Below, piece by piece: positions 1 through 10,149 of a DNA stretch of 64,000 nucleotides (position 1 is the stretch's first letter; every line of letters begins with the position of its first letter). The notes below the pieces were generated by a model. It was not told where the DNA came from and did not search any database. It saw only the letters and a list, made by a program, of their open reading frames with translations. Origin of the DNA: Bacilli bacterium (lineage in GTDB: Bacteria > Bacillota_I > Bacilli_A > RF39 > UBA660). A program made the position numbers and the translations under genes. The DNA is taken from contig JAVVTI010000001.1 of the NCBI GenBank assembly GCA_036653735.1, forward strand, positions 8,881-72,880, in the 5' to 3' direction.

Positions 1-540
1 TAAAAAATAATATTAAGATAAATATATTTAAACTACAATATATTTCTGTTTGCATAGATATATACGGAAAAATTTTAAGTTAAATTTACCAATCATCTCA
101 ATAAAATTTTATATTTATCTAACCATTTATATTTTAATTTTGGCAAACAAATAAATATAAATTATAGTTAAATTAAAAAAACGTGGAGAATATTTATTTA
201 TTCATAAAATAAAAAGTATTATAAAAATATTCCACCACAAAAAACAATATCGGCAATTACCCTTTTAATCAAATAATTTAATACTTGATTATATTGAAAT
301 TTAGCACGTTAAAGTGTTAAAAGCTATAATTATTTGAATTGTTTTAATTGTTCCAACAATTCAAATTCAATATAAAAATATGAATGTATATGCTTTTGAC
401 ATTTTATTTATCCCAGAATCATAGATGGAGTAAACCAAGCCGTACAAGCCTATCCTAACTATGCCAGCTATACCGTGCGACATTAGTCATGTTAGACATG
501 ACCTATACCTAACGTCGCACAGTCTTTTTGTTGTTACACT

Positions 541-566
541 AAAAAAAAAGATGCAAAAGCGCATCT
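541..566 (-). terminator. Rho-independent terminator after minus-strand gene 566..991
   Basis: Hairpin AGATGC-aaaagc-GCATCT (549-566) followed by a T9 run on the minus strand (A9 at 541-549 on +). Overlaps the stop codon of 566..991. Confidence 0.6.
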
Positions 567-991
567 TAAATTTTTTTTATAAACTGAAAACCATTAGCTT
601 TAGTGCTTTTTTTTGTGCCATCTTTGCGAAAAAACCATGACCCTACGATGTCCCCGACCTCTGTATGGACGGTTGAGGTTGGATGCTTTCTGCTGCCGCC
701 CCAAACTAAAAAAGAACACTCCCAAACTTCCATATCCTTTTTCGTCGCAGGTTGAACACCCTCTTTTTTCTCGCACAGTTCGGCCATCTCGGTAGGATTC
801 ATCGACTCCGCTTTGCACAGATTTACAGAAAAGAAATCAGTGCGGTTGAACCGGGAACTTGTATGATGCCAGGAAGATTTTATCAGCAAAGCATTTTTCA
901 AGCCTTTTGCGGGGATTTTAGAAAGCAACGTGGTATCTATCCCCTCCCTTATTAATTCGTCTAAGATGGCTTGTTTAGTCCATTTTGACAT
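566..991 (-). CDS. Hypothetical protein on a GC-rich island, unlike the flanking AT-rich DNA
   Basis: 141-aa ORF. Local GC is clearly higher than the surrounding sequence. GGAGGGGG RBS upstream and a terminator downstream. No family recognised. Confidence 0.4.
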   Translation of the reverse strand: MSKWTKQAILDELIREGIDTTLLSKIPAKGLKNALLIKSSWHHTSSRFNRTDFFSVNLCKAESMNPTEMAELCEKKEGVQPATKKDMEVWECSFLVWGGSRKHPTSTVHTEVGDIVGSWFFRKDGTKKSTKANGFQFIKKI

Positions 992-1093
992 GGGTTTTCC
1001 CCCTCCTGGTACGCGTTTACAGCATTATTTGACATCGAAAAATTATGATAACCACTCATTTTTTTGACCTCCTTTTTTTATTTTGAAAAGCTA

Positions 1094-1116
1094 AAAAGGG
1101 GAATCGAACCCCTTTT
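1094..1116. terminator. Bidirectional intrinsic terminator hairpin, AAAAGGGG-aatcgaa-CCCCTTTT
   Basis: Perfect 8-bp stem flanked by an A-run and a T-run. Lies directly after the stop of the minus ORF 1131..1313. The minus-strand reading GGGGTTCGATTCCCC mimics a tRNA T-arm, but no D-arm or anticodon arm is present. Confidence 0.45.
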
Positions 1117-1415
1117 AAACACCAGCTTAGCTATTTTTTTTTGATAATAACAGCCATATTAAAACCATCTGCCCCACTCCATTTATGCGACCCTACGATA
1201 TAAGATACCTCATGATTAGGGTGACTTATACGTGCGTCCTGCAATGTATGATATAGGTCGCTTCTCGGGTTTTCTGGGGCAATTTGCCCGTAAATTAAAC
1301 ACTTGTTCTCCACTCAAATTGTTATCTAAAATAATATCAAGGATTAAAGCTGCATTAAATAGACATTCTTTTTCTTCTTCCATTTTAAGCCTCTTTTCTT
1401 TTTTTTTAATTAAAT

Positions 1416-1715
1416 TTAGTCAAAATTAGCTTGCATATGAGCCTCAACTAGAGCGACCACTAATTTTTGTTCAATTTTTCCTAATTTTGATTGAGCTAAA
1501 TTTTCAATCAAAAAATCCACATCAAGAGGGTAATCTTTTGTAACATCTTTTGTATAGATAAACTCACCGTTACCGCCATAGGTAGATAAGTATTCTTTTT
1601 TGCTCTTAGCAGGTGTGATGGTCTTAAATACACTTTTCCCATCGTCGATTACGCTTTTAAATAATTTCATTTTTACGCCTCCTCTTTTTAATAAAAAACT
1701 AGTAAGTTTTCGCAC
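1416..1715 (-). CDS. Hypothetical protein
   Basis: 99-aa ORF. No motif recognised. Confidence 0.3.
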   Translation of the reverse strand: MRKLTSFLLKRGGVKMKLFKSVIDDGKSVFKTITPAKSKKEYLSTYGGNGEFIYTKDVTKDYPLDVDFLIENLAQSKLGKIEQKLVVALVEAHMQANFD

Positions 1716-2679
1716 TTTTTCCTTTTTTGTTCCTTTATTGTCTGTAATTTTTAAGACACAAAGTCCATTAATGTCTTTTAGTTTTTTTTTCTACCGTCTC
1801 ATTCATATTATTATTCTCCTTTCTTATTTTAAAAAAAACTAGAATATCTTTGCGGTAGCCGATTGGCTACCCACTGAATCACTAACTTATCAACTTGACA
1901 CTATCTTACCATATAAATTTTATCTTGCATATAGTAATATTGCACAAAGATTATAATAAAAACTGTACAATATTACTATAATCGGGTTTCTTCCATATAA
2001 AGGGATATAAATATAAATTCATGGATAACCCAATATATAGTTATCAGATAACGGCTTAAATTGCACCTCTCATATGTGATATAAGTCCAAAACAACTTGC
2101 CCTATACATTGTGCCATAAACGACTAAGACAGCTGCAAAGACCCTTTAAACACTTTATAAGGGCATGATATATAATAGTAATCATTCTTATTATCATCAA
2201 TAAATATACAATTAAAATAATTTAATATATAATCAAATAATATATAAAAATAGCTAAAAACAATTAGAATAATATATTTAATAAGCACAGATAGTAATGG
2301 GATATATATTACTTAGTATTTAATACTATGTGATAGAATTTAATAAGAAAAGAAATAGTATTGATAACTACATGGCAAGCTAAGGATTACTATATAGTGG
2401 AGTGTGCTGTTGGGGTTTTGTTACTATTAAAAAAAAGCATCTACATTACCTTTTTTCTTTTTTATCAAATTATGTCATTTTTCAGATTTTTTTTAAGTCT
2501 TACAAAAAGAACAAATGTTCAAAAAAAATATATAAGAAACATCGAACATATGTTCTATATTAAAAAAAACACTAAAATTGTTATTTTAGTGTTTTTTTTA
2601 ACATATAAAAATTTTTTTTGATTAAAATACCTTCCTTTTTTGCTTTTGTGCCAAGGGAGGGGGGTATTTTTCAAAAATA

Positions 2680-2691
2680 GAACACTTGTTC
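2680..2691. promoter_or_regulatory. Candidate LexA (Cheo / SOS) box, GAACACTTGTTC
   Basis: Perfect GAAC-N4-GTTC dyad matching the Firmicute LexA consensus. The same 12-mer (one mismatch) recurs at 1297-1308, and its reverse complement at 13084-13095. Confidence 0.35.
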
Positions 2692-3146
2692 TAGTATCGT
2701 TTAGGCTTGAGCACTCCAATTTTCCCATCGTTTGTTATTTTTACCACATCAAACCCTTATATTATATACGTTTTATATTTTATGATGAATATTTATCCTC
2801 ATTCATTACATCTATTTAATCAAGTTTTTTATTTTTCCTCTTATCATATCTGTAAAACCTATATTATGATGTTTATCCATCATCTTTATATAACAAAACC
2901 TAATCATTCTATGTAAACATGTTACCGTTATACCTAATTGGTATTAAAATGTCTATTTGCCCCTTTTAAATGCGTTGTATGATAATGTAAACTAATAAAA
3001 CCCTACACATTTTTTGTATAAGATTTTATTTTTATTATATATTAATTTTATTTTACTTTTGTGCTTATCTTTTTATCTAAAATATTTATAAATTTTCGAT
3101 ATTTTATTAATTGTAATTGTAATAGACATTTTTTATCTCTTCTTTT

Positions 3147-3485
3147 TCAGTTTGTTTTATTGTGTGGATTTGACCTAATATAATAAATTGCGATAATTTT
3201 AGTCGCTTTATTATCCTCACAATTTATTTCAGCATTTTCATATTTATATTTTATTCTTTTATGTTTAATTGAGTATTCTCCAAATAACATAATATCAGAA
3301 TATATAAAATCATCTTTAATATATTTATCTTTTCCTAATACTTTACCAATTAGAATTTCTTTTCCATTTTTATTAGTTGAAATAATTGGAACATCATAAA
3401 TCATATCGATTAAATTTTGGGGATTTTTTAATTCAATGTTAGAATTTTTTAATGGAATAATTTTCATATCTTTAAATATTTTCAT
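3147..3485 (-). CDS. Hypothetical protein
   Basis: 112-aa ORF at the distal end of the leftward block. Confidence 0.45.
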   Translation of the reverse strand: MKIFKDMKIIPLKNSNIELKNPQNLIDMIYDVPIISTNKNGKEILIGKVLGKDKYIKDDFIYSDIMLFGEYSIKHKRIKYKYENAEINCEDNKATKIIAIYYIRSNPHNKTN

Positions 3486-3566
3486 TTTATTATATCTCCT
3501 TTTAAATATGCCGATTTTTCACCATTTTTTGCTTAAAGTTATATAAAATAAGGGTTAGGGGATTTT

Positions 3567-3620
3567 GAAAGTAAAGATACTCCTTAATATGTACTTATAA
3601 TACAGAGTATCTTTACTTTC
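3567..3620. repeat. Palindromic element, copy A: 16-bp perfect stem, 22-nt conserved loop
   Basis: GAAAGTAAAGATACTC ... GAGTATCTTTACTTTC with loop cttaatatgtacttataataca. Core is about 39/40 identical to 15290-15328, including the loop. Confidence 0.7.
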
Positions 3621-3623
3621 AGA

Positions 3624-4616
3624 TTATTCAATGAATTGTTTGTGAATTAGACACAATATTAAATCTTCAACAAATCTTTCCCTTAAAGCTTGATTCATAC
3701 ATTCCAATTCTTTCGTTGTTAATAATTTATATTGCATATTTGAATTAACGAGTTTTTTGTTTTGTGATAAGATTCTTTTTGCTTCGTGTTTGATACCGTT
3801 TTCTCCATACTCAATATTCCATGCATTAGCATAAATTGGACAATTATATAATTCATCACAATCTTTTAATCTGTCGGACAAAACTTTAAAATAGTCGGTT
3901 CTTATTTCTTTTGATAAATAAATAATATCTTGCAATTTTTTAATGCCGTATTCTTTCATTGTTTTTTTGCGAATATCTAAAAAGATAGAACGTTGATGCT
4001 CATTACAGATATATTCTTTCTGTATATATTTTTTTAAGGTTTCGTTATATTCCATTTTATATAATTTGAATGTGTCGCTATATAAAATTAGGGAACGTTG
4101 CTTTAATGATTTCAATGCGTTGTTCACAATTTCTTTAATTATCTTATCTGTGACATTAAAGAAAATTCCTATGTCACGATATTTATCATTTTCTGAATCT
4201 TCTTTTGTGTAATAAGTAGTCGATTTTGTCGGGATATTATTAATATATTCCCATCTTTTATTATTCTTTGTTTCATAGTAAGTGTTATTGACCATATAGA
4301 AATATTTTGCCATTTCTGAATAAGTCATTGTAACTTTGTGTGTGTTATCTTTTGATAAATGTAAAATTAATAAATCTTCAATATACTCTGTAAATTTTGC
4401 CCTATGTTCTAAAAAAAGTAATTCCTTTTCGTCATATATATTTGTAATTGTTATTTTCCCATAAGACGGAATGATATTCATAAAATTATTTAATATTTTT
4501 AATTGAGCAGTTTTACTACCTTTTTCCAATATAGGTTCTTTTGTGATTTCGCAAAATTCCTCATAAGTTATTGTTTTACCTACATAATCTTGCAAATAGT
4601 TATATGGATTTATCAT
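3624..4616 (-). CDS. Hypothetical protein
   Basis: 330-aa ORF, no family recognised. Tightly packed with the downstream gene. Confidence 0.55.
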   Translation of the reverse strand: MINPYNYLQDYVGKTITYEEFCEITKEPILEKGSKTAQLKILNNFMNIIPSYGKITITNIYDEKELLFLEHRAKFTEYIEDLLILHLSKDNTHKVTMTYSEMAKYFYMVNNTYYETKNNKRWEYINNIPTKSTTYYTKEDSENDKYRDIGIFFNVTDKIIKEIVNNALKSLKQRSLILYSDTFKLYKMEYNETLKKYIQKEYICNEHQRSIFLDIRKKTMKEYGIKKLQDIIYLSKEIRTDYFKVLSDRLKDCDELYNCPIYANAWNIEYGENGIKHEAKRILSQNKKLVNSNMQYKLLTTKELECMNQALRERFVEDLILCLIHKQFIE

Positions 4617-4651
4617 TTTTCTCCTTTTCTATAACATAGTTTTACATTGTT

Positions 4652-5593
4652 TTAAAATAATTTACAACCTTGTTCTTTAAATTTTTCAACTTGTTCTATC
4701 CAATCTTCTTTCGACCAACTAAGTTCTTCCATTAAACATTTTTTACACTTAAATTTATTAATTCCTCTTCCATACATTTTTAAATTCATTGCGACTACAT
4801 CTTTATGATAAACTGACTTTCCACAATAAACACATTTCTTTTTGAAATATTGTTCAGCCAGTTCCTTGTCTTCTAACCCCTTATATTCCATGAATTCTTT
4901 AATCGTTTCAGTGTTTGGAATATCTCTGAGTATTCCTCCGTTCCAATTTGAATGATATTCTGTACAAGTACAATTCATTCTACACCATTTTTCTTCTTGT
5001 TTAAATCCATCTTCTAATATTTTGTGGAATCTATCATATTGTTTAGGATAATAATAACTATCTAAAATCCATGTTGATTTAGTATAGTATGGGCAAGCGA
5101 TATGGCAACCTACCCTTGAATATCCATTTAAATATTTTTTATTAATTGGTATTTTATTATGAATTGTATATAGCCATAATTCTAACTCTGTCCATTTTCG
5201 TATAGGTAGGCAACCTATCCATGATTTATCTTCCCATTGAGGATTTCTGCAAATAGACCCATAATTTGAACGTGTTGAGGATTCTTCATTCCTCATTCCC
5301 ATAATAAAGAGTAAATTATTTATATTTTCAAATCTTTGTAAAGTTCCATTTTCTTTAAAAGTTGAGCAACACCATCGACGAAATCTTAAAGGAGTTCCAT
5401 GTATTTTAATCATATTATAGAAACTTTTATTCTTACCATTATTATCTTTTACTGTTACGATTTCAATATCATTTCTAGCTTTAACTTCTTTATACACATC
5501 TGAACTATCCAGTGTTGTATTATTAAAAATTGGCTTATAATTATTCGTTATTTTTTGCAATAAATATTCTGATAATTTACTATCTTTACCCAT
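4652..5593 (-). CDS. PP-loop ATPase / PAPS-reductase-family domain (DndC/CysH-like). The frame is open about 35 codons upstream with no ATG.
   Basis: PP-loop-like SMGKDS motif right at the annotated start; the upstream in-frame extension reads ...ILTTSMGKDS. Cys-rich C-terminus (CVYCGK ... CKKC). The frame stays open through the (CT)9 repeat into ORF 5646..5975. Confidence 0.55.
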   Translation of the reverse strand: MGKDSKLSEYLLQKITNNYKPIFNNTTLDSSDVYKEVKARNDIEIVTVKDNNGKNKSFYNMIKIHGTPLRFRRWCCSTFKENGTLQRFENINNLLFIMGMRNEESSTRSNYGSICRNPQWEDKSWIGCLPIRKWTELELWLYTIHNKIPINKKYLNGYSRVGCHIACPYYTKSTWILDSYYYPKQYDRFHKILEDGFKQEEKWCRMNCTCTEYHSNWNGGILRDIPNTETIKEFMEYKGLEDKELAEQYFKKKCVYCGKSVYHKDVVAMNLKMYGRGINKFKCKKCLMEELSWSKEDWIEQVEKFKEQGCKLF

Positions 5594-5645
5594 TGATGTT
5601 GTTAAAATACATTGGTAACCTTTTTGAAGAACATAATAATTATAT

Positions 5646-5975
5646 TTAATTTCTAAGACAGAAAGGCTCTCTCTCTCTCTCTCTAATAGATTTCTTTAAT
5701 CTTTGATAGGTTTCTTCCCAAGTTTCCAAATCTTTATTATCAGGTATATCAATTTCTTTATTTTTGTTATGTGTTTTATAATAATAAGAGTGTTCATAAG
5801 TCAAATTATTATATTCTCCAATAACTTTTAATCTACAAATTTTAATTTGTTTTCCATCTTTAGAAAACCCTTTTATAATCATTCTATCTATCCATAGTTT
5901 ATCTTCATCATAATTAGATAAATCTATTCCAAAACTTTTTAACATATTTCTATATGGTTTAAATATCGGTAGCAT
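5646..5975 (-). CDS. N-terminal fragment ORF ending in RERERE, encoded by a (GA)n repeat. Probably the 5' part of the PAPS-reductase-like gene, separated by a frameshift.
   Basis: 109-aa ORF. It stops just past the (CT)9 tract. The downstream ORF's frame is +1 relative to it and lacks its own start. Confidence 0.45.
   Translation of the reverse strand: MLPIFKPYRNMLKSFGIDLSNYDEDKLWIDRMIIKGFSKDGKQIKICRLKVIGEYNNLTYEHSYYYKTHNKNKEIDIPDNKDLETWEETYQRLKKSIREREREPFCLRN
5667..5684. repeat. (CT)9 dinucleotide simple-sequence repeat inside coding sequence
   Basis: ctctctctctctctctct counted directly in the sequence. Adding one CT unit would fuse ORFs 5646..5975 and 4652..5593 in frame. Confidence 0.9.
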
Positions 5976-6015
5976 TTTTCTCCTTTTCTATTCTAATTTC
6001 ATTTTTATACAAATT

Positions 6016-6219
6016 CTAAAAACCGAGTTCGTCTAATGTATTTTTAATTATCTCTATAAATCGTGATTTATATCCCAACTCATTTAGGGTTGCTTCAATT
6101 TCAAAATTATTTTTAATACGTTCATAAATATATTTTGAAAGACCATTTGTATCATAACCATCAATTTTTGTATCCATTGATAACAATTGTAACTTTCCAT
6201 CTTCAATATGATGAGCCAT
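6016..6219 (-). CDS. Hypothetical small protein
   Basis: 67-aa ORF. Upstream, 6220-6471 holds broken in-phase fragments, suggesting a degraded longer gene. Confidence 0.35.
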   Translation of the reverse strand: MAHHIEDGKLQLLSMDTKIDGYDTNGLSKYIYERIKNNFEIEATLNELGYKSRFIEIIKNTLDELGF

Positions 6220-6633
6220 TTATGGAGACAGTACGATAGATTCTTTAACAACTTTAGCATCATGCTCTATGCACGGTGTATAATGTTCTACGTCTGTTTC
6301 TGCTAAAAAATTCCCTTTAAAGACCCAGTATTGAGTAACTTCACGTACTAGGTCTTTTCTGTTCCAAATCCACGCAATGATTTTGTTTTAATAAACTGTA
6401 TTAACCTAGCACCTAATAATCTCGCTAATGGAGATAATAACTTTTCTGCATCTTTTTCTGTATCTACCATAATTTTAATTTACCTTTCTATTTTATCGTT
6501 TAGAGCCATTTAAGCCATTTTAATTCATTAAGCTACAATTTACCGATAGTATCTTTAAAACGGCTGTATAAGGCTCTAAACGTTATGCATTGATGCTCTA
6601 TTATTACTTAATATATTCTTTTTATTTGATAAG

Positions 6634-6918
6634 CTATTTCTTTAAATCTATTTCGTCTATTCTATAATGAAATTTTATTAACCAAATAGGTGATTTATTT
6701 TTGCAAAAATCTTTATTTTCACTTACCTTAAACTTTTCACAAGGTTTATTATCACCCCCCCCATAAATACATTTTTCGCAAATAGCTTTTTCTAATTCTT
6801 TGTTTTTACTTATTATTTCTAGTCTTTCAATTTCTTTTTCTGCTTTTATTCTTTCATAATATGCATATGAAATACGTTCACCATAGGCATTAAATTCTAC
6901 TATCAGATAAATTTTCAT
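6634..6918 (-). CDS. Hypothetical Cys-containing small protein
   Basis: 94-aa ORF. Confidence 0.4.
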   Translation of the reverse strand: MKIYLIVEFNAYGERISYAYYERIKAEKEIERLEIISKNKELEKAICEKCIYGGGDNKPCEKFKVSENKDFCKNKSPIWLIKFHYRIDEIDLKK

Positions 6919-7042
6919 TAAATATTCTCCTTTTGTTTTATTTGTTAATATGATTATATCACTATAAATATCATTTGTCGACTATTATTTTTTTATAAAA
7001 GCAGAATAAGTTATTATAACTTTATTCTGCTTTTAATATAAA

Positions 7043-7567
7043 TTATTTAATGTTTAAATTCAAATTTTCTTGCAATTTAACCCCATTAACTGTTTCTTCA
7101 CTATGCAATTTTAAATAATTTTTAATTTCTGTTTTCATTACATCAGTTTCTTTAATTTTTCTTGTTTTTATAAACTCACTAGGAACTTTTCCAATATCTG
7201 TAACTTCCACTGTAGAAGATTTTCGATAAGATAATTTACATCTGGCATCTTCAAATTTATATTTACCAATTTCTTTCGTGGTACTTTTTAAATAAGTGTC
7301 GAGATAATTTTTTAATCTTGCCGATTTATTTTCATTCACTTTCTGACGTTGTTCTAAAATTAATTTTTCTTGTTTGATTGCGGCTGCATCTGAATTTAAG
7401 TTTTTAATAAAACAAGCAATATTAGAAATTTTCTTATCTAATTCCATTTCAACTTCATCTAGCCGATTTTCTAATTCTTTTCCCTCTAATATTTCTCCGT
7501 CTTCTGTATCAAAGAATCCATCTACTAATGTTTCAAATCTTTCATCAATTTTATATAAGCTTGCCAT
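7043..7567 (-). CDS. Siphovirus Gp157-family protein
   Basis: N-terminal LYKIDERFETL, then IKQEKLILEQR ... RLKNYLDTYL ... KLSYRKSSTVEV. This matches my recollection of the Gp157 family pattern. Confidence 0.55.
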   Translation of the reverse strand: MASLYKIDERFETLVDGFFDTEDGEILEGKELENRLDEVEMELDKKISNIACFIKNLNSDAAAIKQEKLILEQRQKVNENKSARLKNYLDTYLKSTTKEIGKYKFEDARCKLSYRKSSTVEVTDIGKVPSEFIKTRKIKETDVMKTEIKNYLKLHSEETVNGVKLQENLNLNIK

Positions 7568-7570
7568 TTT

Positions 7571-7762
7571 TTATTCTCCTTTTATTTTTTTTAATTCAAT
7601 TTTAGTTAAATTGTTTGTTAAGCTTAATAAACCACAAGGGGATATATCCTCCGTTAAGTCTCTCATTTTATTAGCAAAATCTTTACAATATTCTACGTGT
7701 TCACACTTATAACAACCCATATTATTTTTTTTCTGTGCAATACAAACACAATTCTTTAACAT
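7571..7762 (-). CDS. Small Cys-rich protein, 63 aa, downstream of nrdG
   Basis: CxC ... CxxC ... C pattern. Co-oriented and tightly linked to nrdDG. Confidence 0.35.
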   Translation of the reverse strand: MLKNCVCIAQKKNNMGCYKCEHVEYCKDFANKMRDLTEDISPCGLLSLTNNLTKIELKKIKGE

Positions 7763-7766
7763 TCAT

Positions 7767-8240
7767 TTAGTTCACCCTTTCTGCATATTGATTTTTACTT
7801 GCTAATTTTACCCCTAACAATTTGTTATAAACATTTTTTTCGTTCGGTATATATCTTCCATATTTTATGATTATATTTTTATATGTTCCCAATTCTTTTA
7901 TTTTATCTTCAATTTCTTTTTTATAATAACCTGTATATATGACAATATCATTATCTGTTTTTTGTCTAAATACTTGAATTAAATTATATAAATCATTCCA
8001 TGAATCAAATGGTTCTAACCCACCACAGACAATCGCACTTGTTAAATTATTTTCTAAATATCTATTTACAATTTTATCAGTTGATATTTCAATGTTTGGA
8101 GAGGTTGCCAATTCCCCATTTTGGCAAACCTTTTCTCCACAATCTTTTTCACATTTAAAACTACAATATGGAAAAGCTATAAACATTGATGGTTTTTTGT
8201 AATTACTGAAATCTTCATCAACTAAATTTTTAATTATCAT
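7767..8240 (-). CDS. nrdG: Anaerobic ribonucleotide reductase activating protein (radical SAM)
   Basis: Cys cluster FPYCSFKCEKDCGEKVCQN resembling the NrdG radical-SAM cluster. Size 157 aa. Start overlaps the end of nrdD. Confidence 0.75.
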   Translation of the reverse strand: MIIKNLVDEDFSNYKKPSMFIAFPYCSFKCEKDCGEKVCQNGELATSPNIEISTDKIVNRYLENNLTSAIVCGGLEPFDSWNDLYNLIQVFRQKTDNDIVIYTGYYKKEIEDKIKELGTYKNIIIKYGRYIPNEKNVYNKLLGVKLASKNQYAERVN

Positions 8241-10149
8241 TTTTCATACCGGCATAAGAATACCACTGTCTTGTATTAAATTCTTTTTTCCTATCTTTTG
8301 AATATGAACGTACAGGCTCTAAAAATCCTACAATTCTTTGGTAAGTATCCATTACGTCACCACCACAAGTTGGACAAATATCTGTTCCCACAAATCCATG
8401 GTGGTTTGAACATTCATTAATTTTTGTGTTGAAAGCAAAATAAATAACTCCCGATTCTGCTATTTTATTTAACATTTCCCAAGCAACTTCTTCATTCGGG
8501 AAATTTTGTTCAATATTAATATGAGCAATTGCACCGCCTGAACATTTTTTATCTAAAATTGACGCAGTTCTAAGCTTTTCTTTAATCGTACAATTTTCTG
8601 ATAGTGGAATCCACTGGTTAGAATAAATGAATTTATCATTTTTTTCGTATAGCAAATTATCTTTTTGGCATAATATGACTGCGGCTCGTTCAGCTGGAAC
8701 ACTTTCAATATTTAATGAATATTTATCTGTAAAATTGTCTTTAATATTATTTAAAACATCAAATATATCACTAGCAAAATTCATACCATCTTCTGTATAA
8801 TATACATTTCCAAATTCATCTTTTTCAGTAAAACCAAAAGATTCAACAACTTCATACAATCCTAAAATTCCAATTGTATTATATTGCTTACTAAGTTCAA
8901 CACCTCCGTCACAATAATTTGGCAACAATCCTTTTTCAATATTTCTTGTAATAATTCCTCGAATAATATCTAATGTTTTACAACATAATATAGTTCTCTT
9001 TTTTAATAAAGCTAAATATTTATTTCTATCAAAATTTGTTTCATATCCAATTCTCATTAAATTGATAGTATTGACTTTAATTGAACCAATAGACAAAGCC
9101 GTACCACCGATAGAATTAATAAATCCGTCTAGTTTGTCGAACCCTGATAACAAACGACAACAATTTGATAATACACCAACATTATCACTCATAAAGAAGT
9201 TGCTATCATTCCATTTCATATTATGTTTAGAACACCATCTAGCAAAATCTTCATCTACAAATTTCCCACCTTTATATAATAAACTATACGTTAAAACAGG
9301 AAATGTAAATAAATTGCTACTTCTAATATCCGATACAACTTCCATAAACACTTTTTGGATTTCTATAATTTCGTCAATATAGTCTAATGCAAAAGTGCCA
9401 TCGGGAAATTCAGTTGAACCGAATAATGATTCTAAATATTCTCTGTCAAAAATTGAAACATTTACAAAAGCAGATTGGTCAATTCTAATAAATGGTTGAT
9501 TTAGTCTAAAAATAAACTTTTGAAAACTTTGTTTTAAGTAATAATCATTATTTTTGATTACATCGCCATTTTCACAATCTTTCTTCCAAAAATAAAAACT
9601 CCATAATAATACGTTTGGTAAACCACAAGCACCCGAACTTCGATTACTCATAAATGAAATAAATTCAATTACATCATCAAAGAATGTGGTTAAATGTTTT
9701 GGAGGTTGCTTATTATAATCATCTAAGAAGAATAACCCCTCTTTTGCTAATCGAGTTAAGTCGAACGCATAGCAATATGGTAAATAAGAACTTGTAGGTG
9801 CATCATGTAAATAAAACCCACCATTATATTCTGTTTCTAACCATTCCTTTGAAGTTTTTAACCCATACTTTTTCTTCATTTCATAAAATATTTTATTAAA
9901 CGCAAACAACTTATCTTCTGACTTTCCTTTTTCTGATATCATACTTCTGATATCTTTGTGTTTTGCGTTTGCGTTTGAATCAATCGTTGAATCAGCAACA
10001 TTCTTATCAACAAATCCTTCTATAAAATCTGAAAAATTTAATTGTGATTCATGGAAACCATTTAATATCTCAAAATCTTCCCCATACTTATTGCTAACTG
10101 TTTCAAAAGCTTTTTCAAAATCCTTGTTCATTTTAATTGGTATTAACAT
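8230..10149 (-). CDS. nrdD: Anaerobic (class III) ribonucleoside-triphosphate reductase
   Basis: 639 aa. C-terminal glycyl-radical region QRIVGFL and Zn-ribbon CPTCGGD, as typical of NrdD. Confidence 0.85.
   Translation of the reverse strand: MLIPIKMNKDFEKAFETVSNKYGEDFEILNGFHESQLNFSDFIEGFVDKNVADSTIDSNANAKHKDIRSMISEKGKSEDKLFAFNKIFYEMKKKYGLKTSKEWLETEYNGGFYLHDAPTSSYLPYCYAFDLTRLAKEGLFFLDDYNKQPPKHLTTFFDDVIEFISFMSNRSSGACGLPNVLLWSFYFWKKDCENGDVIKNNDYYLKQSFQKFIFRLNQPFIRIDQSAFVNVSIFDREYLESLFGSTEFPDGTFALDYIDEIIEIQKVFMEVVSDIRSSNLFTFPVLTYSLLYKGGKFVDEDFARWCSKHNMKWNDSNFFMSDNVGVLSNCCRLLSGFDKLDGFINSIGGTALSIGSIKVNTINLMRIGYETNFDRNKYLALLKKRTILCCKTLDIIRGIITRNIEKGLLPNYCDGGVELSKQYNTIGILGLYEVVESFGFTEKDEFGNVYYTEDGMNFASDIFDVLNNIKDNFTDKYSLNIESVPAERAAVILCQKDNLLYEKNDKFIYSNQWIPLSENCTIKEKLRTASILDKKCSGGAIAHINIEQNFPNEEVAWEMLNKIAESGVIYFAFNTKINECSNHHGFVGTDICPTCGGDVMDTYQRIVGFLEPVRSYSKDRKKEFNTRQWYSYAGMKNDN

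Noticed and set aside
1091-1132. tRNA gene or tRNA 3' fragment (att remnant) suggested by GGGGTTCGATTCCCC on the minus strand
   Set aside because: Only an acceptor-like or T-arm-like minihelix can be drawn, with no D-arm or anticodon arm. It sits exactly at the 3' end of an ORF with flanking A/T runs, so it was called an intrinsic terminator.
613-2916. Small plus-strand ORFs in the leftmost 3 kb (613..795, 752..955, 1232..1429, 1600..1842, 2361..2621, 2707..2916)
   Set aside because: They overlap the better-supported minus-strand ORF or lie in AT-rich DNA. No RBS and low-complexity translations.
5667-5684. The (CT)9 tract and the many AT-rich repeats around 14100-15240, considered as CRISPR-like arrays
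   Set aside because: There are no regularly spaced direct repeats of 24-40 bp with unique spacers. The repeats are dinucleotide, palindromic or short iterons, so no CRISPR array was called.
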